From Thermosulfurimonas dismutans (GTDB lineage: Bacteria; Desulfobacterota; Thermodesulfobacteria; Thermodesulfobacteriales; Thermodesulfobacteriaceae), in contig NZ_LWLG01000012.1 of the NCBI RefSeq assembly GCF_001652585.1, positions 1 to 32,000 of the forward strand: a DNA stretch of 32,000 bases, given 5' to 3'. The notes beneath the pieces were generated by a model. The model was not told the origin of the DNA. It did no database searches and saw nothing but the letters and a program-made list of their open reading frames with translations. Position 1 is the first letter of the stretch; each line of letters starts with the position of its first letter. Made by a program: the position numbers and the translations under genes. This document shows, in pieces, positions 22,639 through 30,349 of this stretch.

Positions 22639-24342
22639 TTAAGCAAGCGGTCCATGAGACGCACTCCTGATATTCTTCTTGAAAGCCCACTCGGCTATCG
22701 CCAGGGTTATAAGGTCCGAGGCCTCGCCTTTGGTCCTGGGCCGAGGCAAGCCCCAACGCTCGCAAAATTCGATCTGCTTCTCGGTGGGCGGATAGTTCCG
22801 CCAAGAAGCGTCCGGCTTGTAAAGGGCCGCCGCTCCTTGGTCTCGGAGCACCCCGTTAGCCACACCAAAGGCCAGCTCGATGTCCACGGGCCGAGAAGTG
22901 AGAGGCCGGATGCCTTCCCGCTCGATGAGGTAAGGCACAAAAAGCTCTTCCCGTTTGGTCTTCTTGGTCTGCCGGATGTAAAGCGTCCGGCCGTCCCCCA
23001 GGCTTGCCGCCCAACCGTATTCGCCTCTGGCCCAGTAGAAAGCCGAAGGATCGAAGACCTGCCGCTCTTCCACTCCCAGAATCTGAGAGGCCAGGCTAAG
23101 ATCTAGCTGGACGTTCTCCCGACTTCCCCTTCCTACGGCTTCCTCAAGCTCGATCCGGCGTTTGAGCTTAGAATCAAGGTCCGCAATGCTAACCAGGCTG
23201 TGGCGGCTTGAATTGTCCACCAGGTCGATCACTAGGCAGTTTTTCTTTCCGGGGTAGAGCCGAAGACCACGGCCCACCATCTGGATATAAAGGGCCTTGC
23301 TTGCCGTGGGCCGGGCCAAAAGAAGACAGTCCACCGCCGGGTCGTCAAACCCTTCGGTTAACACCTGACAGTTCGTGATGACCGGAATCTCACCTCGGGC
23401 GAAGGCCTTGAGCATAGCCCGACGCTCTTCAAGCGGAGTTTGGCCGGTCACAGTCTGAGCTTCCACACCGTAGGCCCGAAAGGTCTCGGCCAGGTCGTGG
23501 GCGTGCTTTATATCCACGCAAAAGGCTATGGTCTTGCGCCCCTCCGCCAGTTCAAGCCAGGTCTCTACGGCAAACGTATTCCGTTCCGGGGTGTTAACAG
23601 TCTGGGCCAACTGGTTGACCGCAAAGTCCCCGGCTCTATAGTCGAACCGCACCCCGGAAAGATCACACCCGGTCTTGACCGCCCTGTAGTCAATCCCACA
23701 AAGATAGCCGTCCGCTATGGCCTCAAGGACCGAATACTCGAAGACCACTTCCTTGAAGATCTCCCGGAGGCTCTCCCCGTCCCTGCGGAAAAGGGTCGCT
23801 GAGACGCCCAAGACCTTCATGGCCGGCTTAAGCTCGAGGAGCCGATCCAAGGCCATACGGTAGGTCGAGGCCGCCGCATGGTGGGCCTCGTCAATCACCA
23901 CCAGGTCAAACCCCTGGACTAAACGGTCAAGTCGACGCCATAAGGTTTGAATCGAGGCCAGGACTATGGGGCGACCTGGCTCAAACCGCTCGGCCTTGAT
24001 GACGCCCGGCTCGGGTGCCCCGGGCCACACCAGAGAAAGCTTCTCAATGGGCTGCAAGATCAGCTCATCCCGGTGGGCCACGATGAGGACACGGCCTCCG
24101 GCCTCCACTACACCCCGGGCCAGGGCCAGGAAGACGATGGTCTTTCCGCATCCGGTCGGAAGCGAGATCGCCACCGACTGCCGCCCGTCAAGGTAGGCAT
24201 CCAGAATGTGCTCAAGGGCTGTCCTTTGGTAGGGCCGCAAAGGAAGATCGCTCCGTGACCTCACCAGGGACCAGAGAAGGCCTTGACCGGAAACCTCCTC
24301 GTGCGGTAAACTAATTTTAAATCCGGTTTCAAGTTCCCTCAT
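22639..24342 (-). CDS. Superfamily-2 DEAH-box helicase (ResIII/Helicase_C type) with ~170-aa C-terminal extension
   Basis: 567 aa. Motif I SLPTGCGKT, II VVIDEAHHAA, III GVSATL, V-VI VLTEGFDDP...QMVGRGLR. The C-terminal tail contains PPTEKQIEFCERWGLP...TKGEASDLI. Confidence 0.9.
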   Translation of the reverse strand: MRELETGFKISLPHEEVSGQGLLWSLVRSRSDLPLRPYQRTALEHILDAYLDGRQSVAISLPTGCGKTIVFLALARGVVEAGGRVLIVAHRDELILQPIEKLSLVWPGAPEPGVIKAERFEPGRPIVLASIQTLWRRLDRLVQGFDLVVIDEAHHAAASTYRMALDRLLELKPAMKVLGVSATLFRRDGESLREIFKEVVFEYSVLEAIADGYLCGIDYRAVKTGCDLSGVRFDYRAGDFAVNQLAQTVNTPERNTFAVETWLELAEGRKTIAFCVDIKHAHDLAETFRAYGVEAQTVTGQTPLEERRAMLKAFARGEIPVITNCQVLTEGFDDPAVDCLLLARPTASKALYIQMVGRGLRLYPGKKNCLVIDLVDNSSRHSLVSIADLDSKLKRRIELEEAVGRGSRENVQLDLSLASQILGVEERQVFDPSAFYWARGEYGWAASLGDGRTLYIRQTKKTKREELFVPYLIEREGIRPLTSRPVDIELAFGVANGVLRDQGAAALYKPDASWRNYPPTEKQIEFCERWGLPRPRTKGEASDLITLAIAEWAFKKNIRSASHGPLA

Positions 24343-24360
24343 ATCTATTCACCAGGTGAT

Positions 24361-25404
24361 CTAGACCTCCTTGCCAATCTCCTGAAGCAAAGGCCTAATG
24401 GCCTTCAAAAACCGCCTGGCTCTCTCCTTGGCCGCTTCCCTCACCTGTCCACGACCCGAAAGCTCCGAAACTGTCCTCTTGATAAATTCTTGGGGGTTCA
24501 AAACGCTACGGCTTTTGTCTATCTGGATCGGGGCCTTGCTCGCCAAAAAGCCAAGCACCAAGGGCCTAAGCAGACTTTTGAGCTTTTCCGTTAGCTCCCT
24601 GGTTTCCTCGTCTGGGCTCTCCGAAGAGGTTTGCTCCTCACTCAAGGCCTGGGCTATACGGTTAGGCCATTCGGGACGGAGAGGGCTTTGGGTGTAGGCC
24701 GGGCACGGGGCTTTAAGCTTTCGGCACTTCCACTCATAACCGCTGATCCGCTCCTGGGCCTCCACCAGCTCGCCAAGCTTGCACCGGTGGGGATGTTCCA
24801 TACCCTCCGGGCAATCTCCGGCCTTGCGGGGATCATGAACCAGGACCACCTCCTCACCCCGAACCTCATAAATTGGCAAGTTTTGGGCCTCCGGTTCGGC
24901 TTTGAGTAGTTCGGGGAGGCTTACTCCGTGAAGCCACCAGGCCAGGGGGAAGAAGGGCTTGCCCTCGGCTAGAATGGCCGTATGCTCAAACTCGGCCACT
25001 CTCCGGGGAAGCTCCGAAGCGGGCTTTCGAGCTAGGACTTTCTTTAATGATTCATTGTCTCTTTCCGGCCAAGGGCAAGGCTTACCTCCAAACCAAGAGA
25101 TCCCCCGGTAGAACCGGATCGAGGAGGCTCCCTCTCTTGAGGCCTCCTCGGTCTTGCTTCCCCTGGTAAGATGCCGGGAAGATTTCTTCTCTCTGGCTTC
25201 TTCCTTAAGAATGGCTTTCAGGGCTTCCTTGTTTTTACGGAGCTTTTCAAGAAGCTCCTCACTCAAAGGAAAAAGTGAAGACTCGTAGATCAACCGCTCC
25301 CCTTCTACCCGCAATCGAACCCCTAAAAACCGGAGATAGGAAATAAGGGCTTTCGGCTCCTGAAAATCAAATTTCTCCACGGTAAGTGCCCTCGTCTGGG
25401 CCAA
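24361..25404 (-). CDS. Hypothetical protein with N-terminal TubC_N-like docking motif
   Basis: 347 aa. LISYLRFLGVRLRVEGERLIYESSLFPLSEELLEKLRKNKEALKAIL resembles the 'GV.L..EG..L.Y......L..EL...L...K.EL...L' motif seen at TubC N-termini and in phage/plasmid replication proteins. The remainder is unrecognised. Its 5' end overlaps the primase gene's 3' end by 38 nt. Confidence 0.6.
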   Translation of the reverse strand: MAQTRALTVEKFDFQEPKALISYLRFLGVRLRVEGERLIYESSLFPLSEELLEKLRKNKEALKAILKEEAREKKSSRHLTRGSKTEEASREGASSIRFYRGISWFGGKPCPWPERDNESLKKVLARKPASELPRRVAEFEHTAILAEGKPFFPLAWWLHGVSLPELLKAEPEAQNLPIYEVRGEEVVLVHDPRKAGDCPEGMEHPHRCKLGELVEAQERISGYEWKCRKLKAPCPAYTQSPLRPEWPNRIAQALSEEQTSSESPDEETRELTEKLKSLLRPLVLGFLASKAPIQIDKSRSVLNPQEFIKRTVSELSGRGQVREAAKERARRFLKAIRPLLQEIGKEV

Positions 25405-27529
25405 TATATTTGATGATCCTTGCCGGACGCCCGCCGGTTTTATCTTTTTCCTCCCGGATAAGCCCCAGCTCCCCGAGCCGCTGTAAGGCTTTGTTTAAAT
25501 CCTCGCCCTTAACGTGACGCCCAAGCATGTCGTGTATTTCGGAAAGACGAGCCATTTTCTTTTCTTTGAGGAATGTCAAAATCCTAGAAACCACATGCTC
25601 GCCCTTTCTGGGCAATCTCCATATAAGTTCGACGGATTTTTGGCAGTAGCGCCAGATGCTCAATGCGCTCTCCACATGCTGGAGATCGATCACTAAGCTT
25701 CCGTCCAGCGTTGCCAAACACATAGAAAGCCGTAGGACATGAGCCTCGGCTCGATTAGTTGCCTCACCTGCTAATCCTCCCCGTTCTAATGAAAGCTCAG
25801 GATAAACTTCCCGCCAAAAATCCTCGGCTCGCCTGCTAAAACGAAAAGGTTGGGGGGCTTTGTTCCGCAATTCTGAAAATCTAGCCAAAAGCGCCTCTTT
25901 GATCTCTGTTTCCACCTCTTCGGGAATTGGGGGAGGAAATGGAAGGAGTTTGGATCTCCTGACTAGCGCAATAATGAAACGGTTAAGAAAGCCGTTACAG
26001 AGATCAGTAGATCGCACCTTATCCCGAAGGTCTGAAATTGTGGTGTGCCCTAAAGTTACTAGATGAGCTTGATGTATTTCCGTCTTCTTCTTCCGCCCCA
26101 AGGTTTTAAAATGCTCCGAATCCCAAAGACACCTCAAAACACCGGAAAGAAAATTCCCTTTACGGTTAGAGATCTCAAGGAGACTCCCAAATTCTTCAAT
26201 AATTAAAAAAATTCGATTACCTTCTGGGGGAGTTTCTTCTTGGAGTTCAAAAAGATCGCTAGCGGCTTCCCCTGAGAGCAGAAAACCAGACACTTCGGTA
26301 GCTGAAAAATCGGGGAGAGGAAAAAATTCTCTCACGAGTCGTAAAGATGTCCCCTTCCGGCCTTTTCCCGTGGGACCGCAAAGTAAAACAAACAAGCGGG
26401 GAAAATGACGAGTTTTATTGATCGGGAAGTAAAACCTTAGGCCTAATTCACATCCCCAACGAGCCAGAAAAGTCAGAAGCAAGGCCACGGGGGAAGCTTC
26501 GGTGTAATCTGAAACCGCCTTTACAAAGTCCCCAGCCAATCCATAGAAGCAAGTTGGTTCCGGCTCCGGCCATGTCGGAATTAAGAGATTCTGCTCCAAA
26601 AGTTCTATTTCCTTTTGTTTGTGCTGTCTCTCCCGGTCCTCCTTGGTTTTTGCGTGCCATAGCTTGGAGATCGCTTCTTTTAGTTCCGGGAGAGGGACGT
26701 TAAAACCCTGGGCCACAGCCGGAAGAATCACCTTCAAGCGCTCTGGCCGTTTACTAATCCTTCTAAGCAGATCCACCAATGCGTGAATCAGCTCTTGGGG
26801 GGAGGCTAGCTCCCGGTAGAAAGCCCAGACTTCGGAAGCCTTTTCAAGTAGATTACATATTTCCTGTTTGGGATCTGCTACGGAAACTAGGAGATCATCT
26901 ATCCCCTTCTTTCGAGGGTCTTCTCCCCAGTCCAGCACTAAAACGTGCGCCCCGATGAGGGAGAGAAAGCCCGCGAGGGCCAATTCCTCTTGCCTGACCA
27001 TGGCATTTTCCCGGCGGTCCGGAGCATCGAAGGCAAGAAAAACTCTCCTGCCAATAAGGTGAACGCCCTTCCATTCGGGAGCCTTGGCCCACATTGAAAC
27101 CCCGCCGAGGCCGAGGACCGCAAACTCTAACTCTTCGGCATATTGGGCCAAGCAAAGGGCCTTCTTCTCTCCTTCCACAATCACAAGCGGCTTTTTCGGG
27201 CTTTTCAACCATTCAACGGGCTGATTGGGCGGAAAATAAAGGTGCACCGTGTCCCGGACGTGATTGCTGGCGGGGGAGAGATATTTCGCCCCGTTTAATG
27301 GTTCCCGCAATCGAATCCGCCCAAATGGTTCTGTGGCCAGGGGGTAAGGGATCAGGTAAGCCTCGGTCGCTTTCAAGATCGGATTACCGTTATAGCGCTC
27401 AAAGCCCAAGAGCCTTTTCAGATCCTCCGCATCCCGGACCGCCCGGATTCCGGCCTTATGGATCGTCGCCTCGGTGAGACCGGACTTTTTAAGGTCCTCA
27501 AGCGCCCAAGCAGGGAGGTCAAGTGGCAT
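25367..27529 (-). CDS. Primase/helicase-like replication protein (Toprim DUF3854-like N-domain, DUF3987-like P-loop domain, C-terminal winged helix)
   Basis: 720 aa. Toprim-like VIVEGEKKA ... FLAFDAPD ... KGIDDLL. P-loop-like LLCGPTGKGRKGTS with Walker-B-like FLIIEEF. C-terminal wHTH-like LSEIHDMLGRHVKGEDLNKALQRLGELGLIRE. The ATG overlaps the alpA-like stop (TAATG). Confidence 0.8.
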   Translation of the reverse strand: MPLDLPAWALEDLKKSGLTEATIHKAGIRAVRDAEDLKRLLGFERYNGNPILKATEAYLIPYPLATEPFGRIRLREPLNGAKYLSPASNHVRDTVHLYFPPNQPVEWLKSPKKPLVIVEGEKKALCLAQYAEELEFAVLGLGGVSMWAKAPEWKGVHLIGRRVFLAFDAPDRRENAMVRQEELALAGFLSLIGAHVLVLDWGEDPRKKGIDDLLVSVADPKQEICNLLEKASEVWAFYRELASPQELIHALVDLLRRISKRPERLKVILPAVAQGFNVPLPELKEAISKLWHAKTKEDRERQHKQKEIELLEQNLLIPTWPEPEPTCFYGLAGDFVKAVSDYTEASPVALLLTFLARWGCELGLRFYFPINKTRHFPRLFVLLCGPTGKGRKGTSLRLVREFFPLPDFSATEVSGFLLSGEAASDLFELQEETPPEGNRIFLIIEEFGSLLEISNRKGNFLSGVLRCLWDSEHFKTLGRKKKTEIHQAHLVTLGHTTISDLRDKVRSTDLCNGFLNRFIIALVRRSKLLPFPPPIPEEVETEIKEALLARFSELRNKAPQPFRFSRRAEDFWREVYPELSLERGGLAGEATNRAEAHVLRLSMCLATLDGSLVIDLQHVESALSIWRYCQKSVELIWRLPRKGEHVVSRILTFLKEKKMARLSEIHDMLGRHVKGEDLNKALQRLGELGLIREEKDKTGGRPARIIKYIGPDEGTYRGEI

Positions 27530-27744
27530 TAATTGACGCCCTCCTCGACCATTTTGAGGATGGTCTCCCCCCGTAGGAGTCGCCGTTTACCAAGTCGAAC
27601 CGTTGGAATCCGACCAGTCAAAGCCCACAGGCGAAGGGTGGACTCACCCAAACGCAGAACTTTCGCGGCCTCCCGGAAAGTGTAAAGGACATCAGGCTTA
27701 ATCTCGCTTAGAGGGATAGGATCATTAGGGCTAAAACTTTTCAT
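27529..27744 (-). CDS. AlpA/excisionase-family HTH DNA-binding protein
   Basis: 71 aa from the ATG at 27744, with AAGGAGG upstream. LYTFREAAKVLRLGESTLRLWALTGRIPTVRLGKRRLL is the MerR-superfamily/excisionase-type HTH. Confidence 0.75.
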   Translation of the reverse strand: MKSFSPNDPIPLSEIKPDVLYTFREAAKVLRLGESTLRLWALTGRIPTVRLGKRRLLRGETILKMVEEGVN

Positions 27745-27770
27745 GAAATGCACCTCCTTTCTTTATTTGC

Positions 27771-27787
27771 ATGTATTTTAAATACAT
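27771..27787. promoter_or_regulatory. 17-bp perfect palindrome (candidate operator)
   Basis: ATGTATTTTAAATACAT has 8 perfect pairs around a central T. It overlaps the -10/spacer of the predicted minus-strand promoter. Confidence 0.55.
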
Positions 27788-27803
27788 AAGTTCTTTCTGT
27801 CAA
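27775..27803 (-). promoter_or_regulatory. Putative promoter of the alpA-primase-...-helicase operon
   Basis: On the minus strand: TTGACA (27803-27798), 17-bp spacer, TAAAAT (27780-27775). This is near-consensus sigma70 geometry about 25 nt upstream of the SD. Confidence 0.5.
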
Positions 27804-27821
27804 GTCCCTACAAGACCGCTA

Positions 27822-27850
27822 TTGACTTGCAAAAATCCATTGCTTATTAT
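27822..27850 (+). promoter_or_regulatory. Putative promoter of the orf259-int operon
   Basis: TTGACT (27822-27827), 17-bp spacer, TATTAT (27845-27850). The SD GGGAGGGAGG precedes the ATG at 27886. Confidence 0.5.
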
Positions 27851-27885
27851 GACAGTATCGCTATTGAGGTTTTGGGAGGGAGGCC

Positions 27886-28665
27886 ATGCTTACAACCGTG
27901 GAGCAGCTTAAAAAAGATGCTCAAATTTCATGGAGAGCACCTAAACTTTTGAAGTTATCCATAAACTGGTGGGCAAGCCGAAGCGCAAGAAGTGAAAACG
28001 AAGAGGGAGTAGTACTGCTCAAAGAGGCTTTACTAGAAAGGGCTAAACGAGACAATCTGGTTTTTATGTTTTGGAAAGGGGAAGTTTTTGTCCAAGGAAC
28101 CGATATCGTAAATGCCTTTACCAAAAGAATATTGAGGATAACTCTAGAAGAAGCGCCTCCTAAAGACTCGGTAGAAAAGACACGTTTTGAGCTAGTATTA
28201 GCCCACCTAGAAAACGGAGGTTTCATACACTTCAAACTACCTTTTGAAAGGCTCGAAGTTTTTGGGACCTTCCATAACCAAAAAGTTGATCTCTATTCTG
28301 CGGTTCGGGAACTACCTTGGGAAAAGCGAGCTCCAGCGCTTCTTTATTTATCTCTGGATCTTTTAGGAATTGAAGCTTACAAGCTTCCCCCAAATCTTTA
28401 TGAATTCACATCTCCCTATCTTCTAGACATGAATAGCTCCACATGGGGCCTTCCTCTTGAAGGGCCTCCCCCTTATTACGATCCTCGGGCAGTTAAGGCA
28501 GTGGAATTTTCAGGATTCCCTAAATCTATGGAAGAAGTGTTCCAGACTGGTAAACCAGAAGAGCTTATCTTAGACCTTATCCGTAAGGGTAAATTCCAGG
28601 TTGTACCGTCTCGCCCATTAACACCTGAAGAAGAAGCGAGCGTTGATAACGAATTGCCTTTTTAA
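27886..28665 (+). CDS. Hypothetical protein (259 aa) upstream of and co-oriented with int
   Basis: Strong SD and a 12-nt gap to int. The region is visibly more AT-rich than flanking island genes. No motif recognised. Confidence 0.65.
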   Translation: MLTTVEQLKKDAQISWRAPKLLKLSINWWASRSARSENEEGVVLLKEALLERAKRDNLVFMFWKGEVFVQGTDIVNAFTKRILRITLEEAPPKDSVEKTRFELVLAHLENGGFIHFKLPFERLEVFGTFHNQKVDLYSAVRELPWEKRAPALLYLSLDLLGIEAYKLPPNLYEFTSPYLLDMNSSTWGLPLEGPPPYYDPRAVKAVEFSGFPKSMEEVFQTGKPEELILDLIRKGKFQVVPSRPLTPEEEASVDNELPF

Positions 28666-28677
28666 AGGAAAATCTTT

Positions 28678-29796
28678 ATGGCCATCCTTAAAGAATGCCC
28701 CGAATGTCATAAGCGGTGGGCCTTAAAACATAGGAAGTGTCCTAAATGCGGAGTCTCCTTCCGTAACCCCAGATACTACGTCCGGGTCCACGTGGGCAAC
28801 GGGCAATATGAGCTTAAGCCCGCCGGACACTCTTTAAGCGCCGCAAAAGCCCTTGAAGCCGAGATCAAAAAGCTTGTGGCCGAAAGACGTTACACTCCCT
28901 CCAAAGTCCGGGGAACGATGACCTTCTCCGAATTCTGGCGGAAACATTACTGGGACTATAGCGTCAAAGCCTGCCGTAATTCGGAGAGGTGGCTACTCCG
29001 CAAAAGCGAAATTTACGAACATCACCTTAAAAAGGTCTTCGGCAATGTCCGCTTGCGGGACATCACGGTGAAAATGATTGAAGAATACAAAGCCCGGCGG
29101 GTCTCCGAAGGAGCCAAGCCCGGAACCGTGAACTCCGAACTGGCTGTTCTAAAGCATGCCCTGGGTTATGCGGTGAAGATCGAGGAGCTAGAGAGCAATC
29201 CAGCCAAAAAGGTCTCCTTAGTGAGAGCCGAGGAAAGACCGCCCTACTTTCTTTCCGAGGAGGAAATAAAGCGTCTCCTTGAGGCTTGCTCTCCCGGTAT
29301 AAGGCCCATTGTAGCTTTTATGCTTGCCACCGGCCTGCGCCGAGAAAATGCTCTGAAACTTCGGTGGGATCAAGTGAACCTGAAAGAACGCTACCTGAGA
29401 ATTCCTGCCTCGGAATACAAGGCCCGCCGGGAGTTAATCATCCCACTTTCGGACGCCGCCCTCAAAATCCTTAAAGCTCGCCCGAGGCATATATCCTCCC
29501 CTTACGTCTTCTGGCATGGCCCAGAGGGCAAACCATACCGTGGAGATGGCTTTTATGCTTCTTTCAAAAGGGCCGTAAAAAGGGCCGGACTACCCCCGCA
29601 TGTGCGGGTCCATGATCTGCGACACACCTACGCAAGCCTCGCCATCAAAAACGGGGTGAACCCGATTATCCTTCAGCACCTACTCGGCCATCGAACCTAC
29701 CAGATGGTCTTGCGCTACGTCCACCTAGACCAGCAAACCAAGCTCCAAGAAGCCAACAAAATCATTTCCCCGGACCTCCTCGAAGAGGCCCTTTAA
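28678..29796 (+). CDS. int: Tyrosine-type site-specific integrase with N-terminal CxxC...CxxC zinc-ribbon-like motif
   Basis: 372 aa. Catalytic-domain signatures ATGLRRENALKL (Arg), HDLRHTYASLAI (H-x-x-R), LLGHRTYQMVLRYVH (His...Tyr). N-terminus CPECHKRWALKHRKCPKCG. It lies adjacent to attR. Confidence 0.92.
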   Translation: MAILKECPECHKRWALKHRKCPKCGVSFRNPRYYVRVHVGNGQYELKPAGHSLSAAKALEAEIKKLVAERRYTPSKVRGTMTFSEFWRKHYWDYSVKACRNSERWLLRKSEIYEHHLKKVFGNVRLRDITVKMIEEYKARRVSEGAKPGTVNSELAVLKHALGYAVKIEELESNPAKKVSLVRAEERPPYFLSEEEIKRLLEACSPGIRPIVAFMLATGLRRENALKLRWDQVNLKERYLRIPASEYKARRELIIPLSDAALKILKARPRHISSPYVFWHGPEGKPYRGDGFYASFKRAVKRAGLPPHVRVHDLRHTYASLAIKNGVNPIILQHLLGHRTYQMVLRYVHLDQQTKLQEANKIISPDLLEEAL

Positions 29797-29818
29797 GAGG
29801 ATCACTTTACCTACTAAC

Positions 29819-30008
29819 TTTTTTCGCACTTTTTTCGCATCGAGGGTCGATAAGCCCCAAACCATTGGCAAGCAAGGCTTTTACCAGGATTTTGATCAAA
29901 CTTTTTTCGCATTTTTTCGCAAGGGGTAGAGAAAAAAGTTATAGCCCCAATGCCTTGATAGACAAGGCTTTAAGGGAAAGCCGGGGAACTTTTTTCGCTT
30001 TTTTCGCA
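29819..30008 (+). repeat. TTTTTTCGCA decamer array, right arm (three tandem doublets spaced ~83-88 bp)
   Basis: Doublets at 29819-29839, 29902-29921 and 29990-30008, each preceded by AAC/AACT. The inter-doublet spacers share ATA(A)GCCCCAA...CAAGGCTTT. Confidence 0.8.
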
Positions 30009-30228
30009 AGCTTGTAAAAAGTAACTCTTTGAGGAAGGAAAAAAGAGAAAGCTTTCTTCTCTCCCCCTCCAAAAAGGTAAAGGGGAGGAACAGACTCTCT
30101 TCCCTTCCCTTTTGTTAAACAAGGAGGGAGTTATACCTTTCTTCTCCTACCCTATATTCTCGAAAAGTAGATAAAAAAGTAAAGATAATGTAAGCTTTGG
30201 GCTACTTGGGTTCTTCGCTTTTTCTTTG

Positions 30229-30246
30229 GTGTCTATATTCGTGTCT
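30229..30246 (+). repeat. 18-bp att-proximal repeat, right copy (GTGTCTATATTCGTGTCT)
   Basis: 17/18 match to 15832-15849. It lies about 100 nt inside attR. Confidence 0.6.
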
Positions 30247-30349
30247 AACCTCTCCAACCTTAATGTCATCCTTGATCTAAATATTCCCCTTTTCCCCTTA
30301 ATTTTGACCTCAAAAACGCTCATGACGATAATGTTTTGCTATCGTTTAG

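Noticed and set aside
22612-23106. 164-aa plus-strand ORF and other 60-150-aa ORFs antisense to the helicase, primase and coiled-coil genes (e.g. 22184-22630, 23440-23802, 27094-27477)
   Set aside because: They lie opposite genes with clear motifs in a GC-richer region where stop codons are rare. The translations are Arg/Gly/Pro-rich, and there are no SDs.
30040-30130. Purine/pyrimidine-tract-rich segment (CTCCCCCTCC...GGGGAGG; CTTCCCTTCCC...GGAGGGAG) as a possible structured ncRNA
   Set aside because: Only short imperfect complementary runs are present, with no promoter or terminator context. It is more likely part of the extended att/arm region. It is noted but cannot be supported as a feature.
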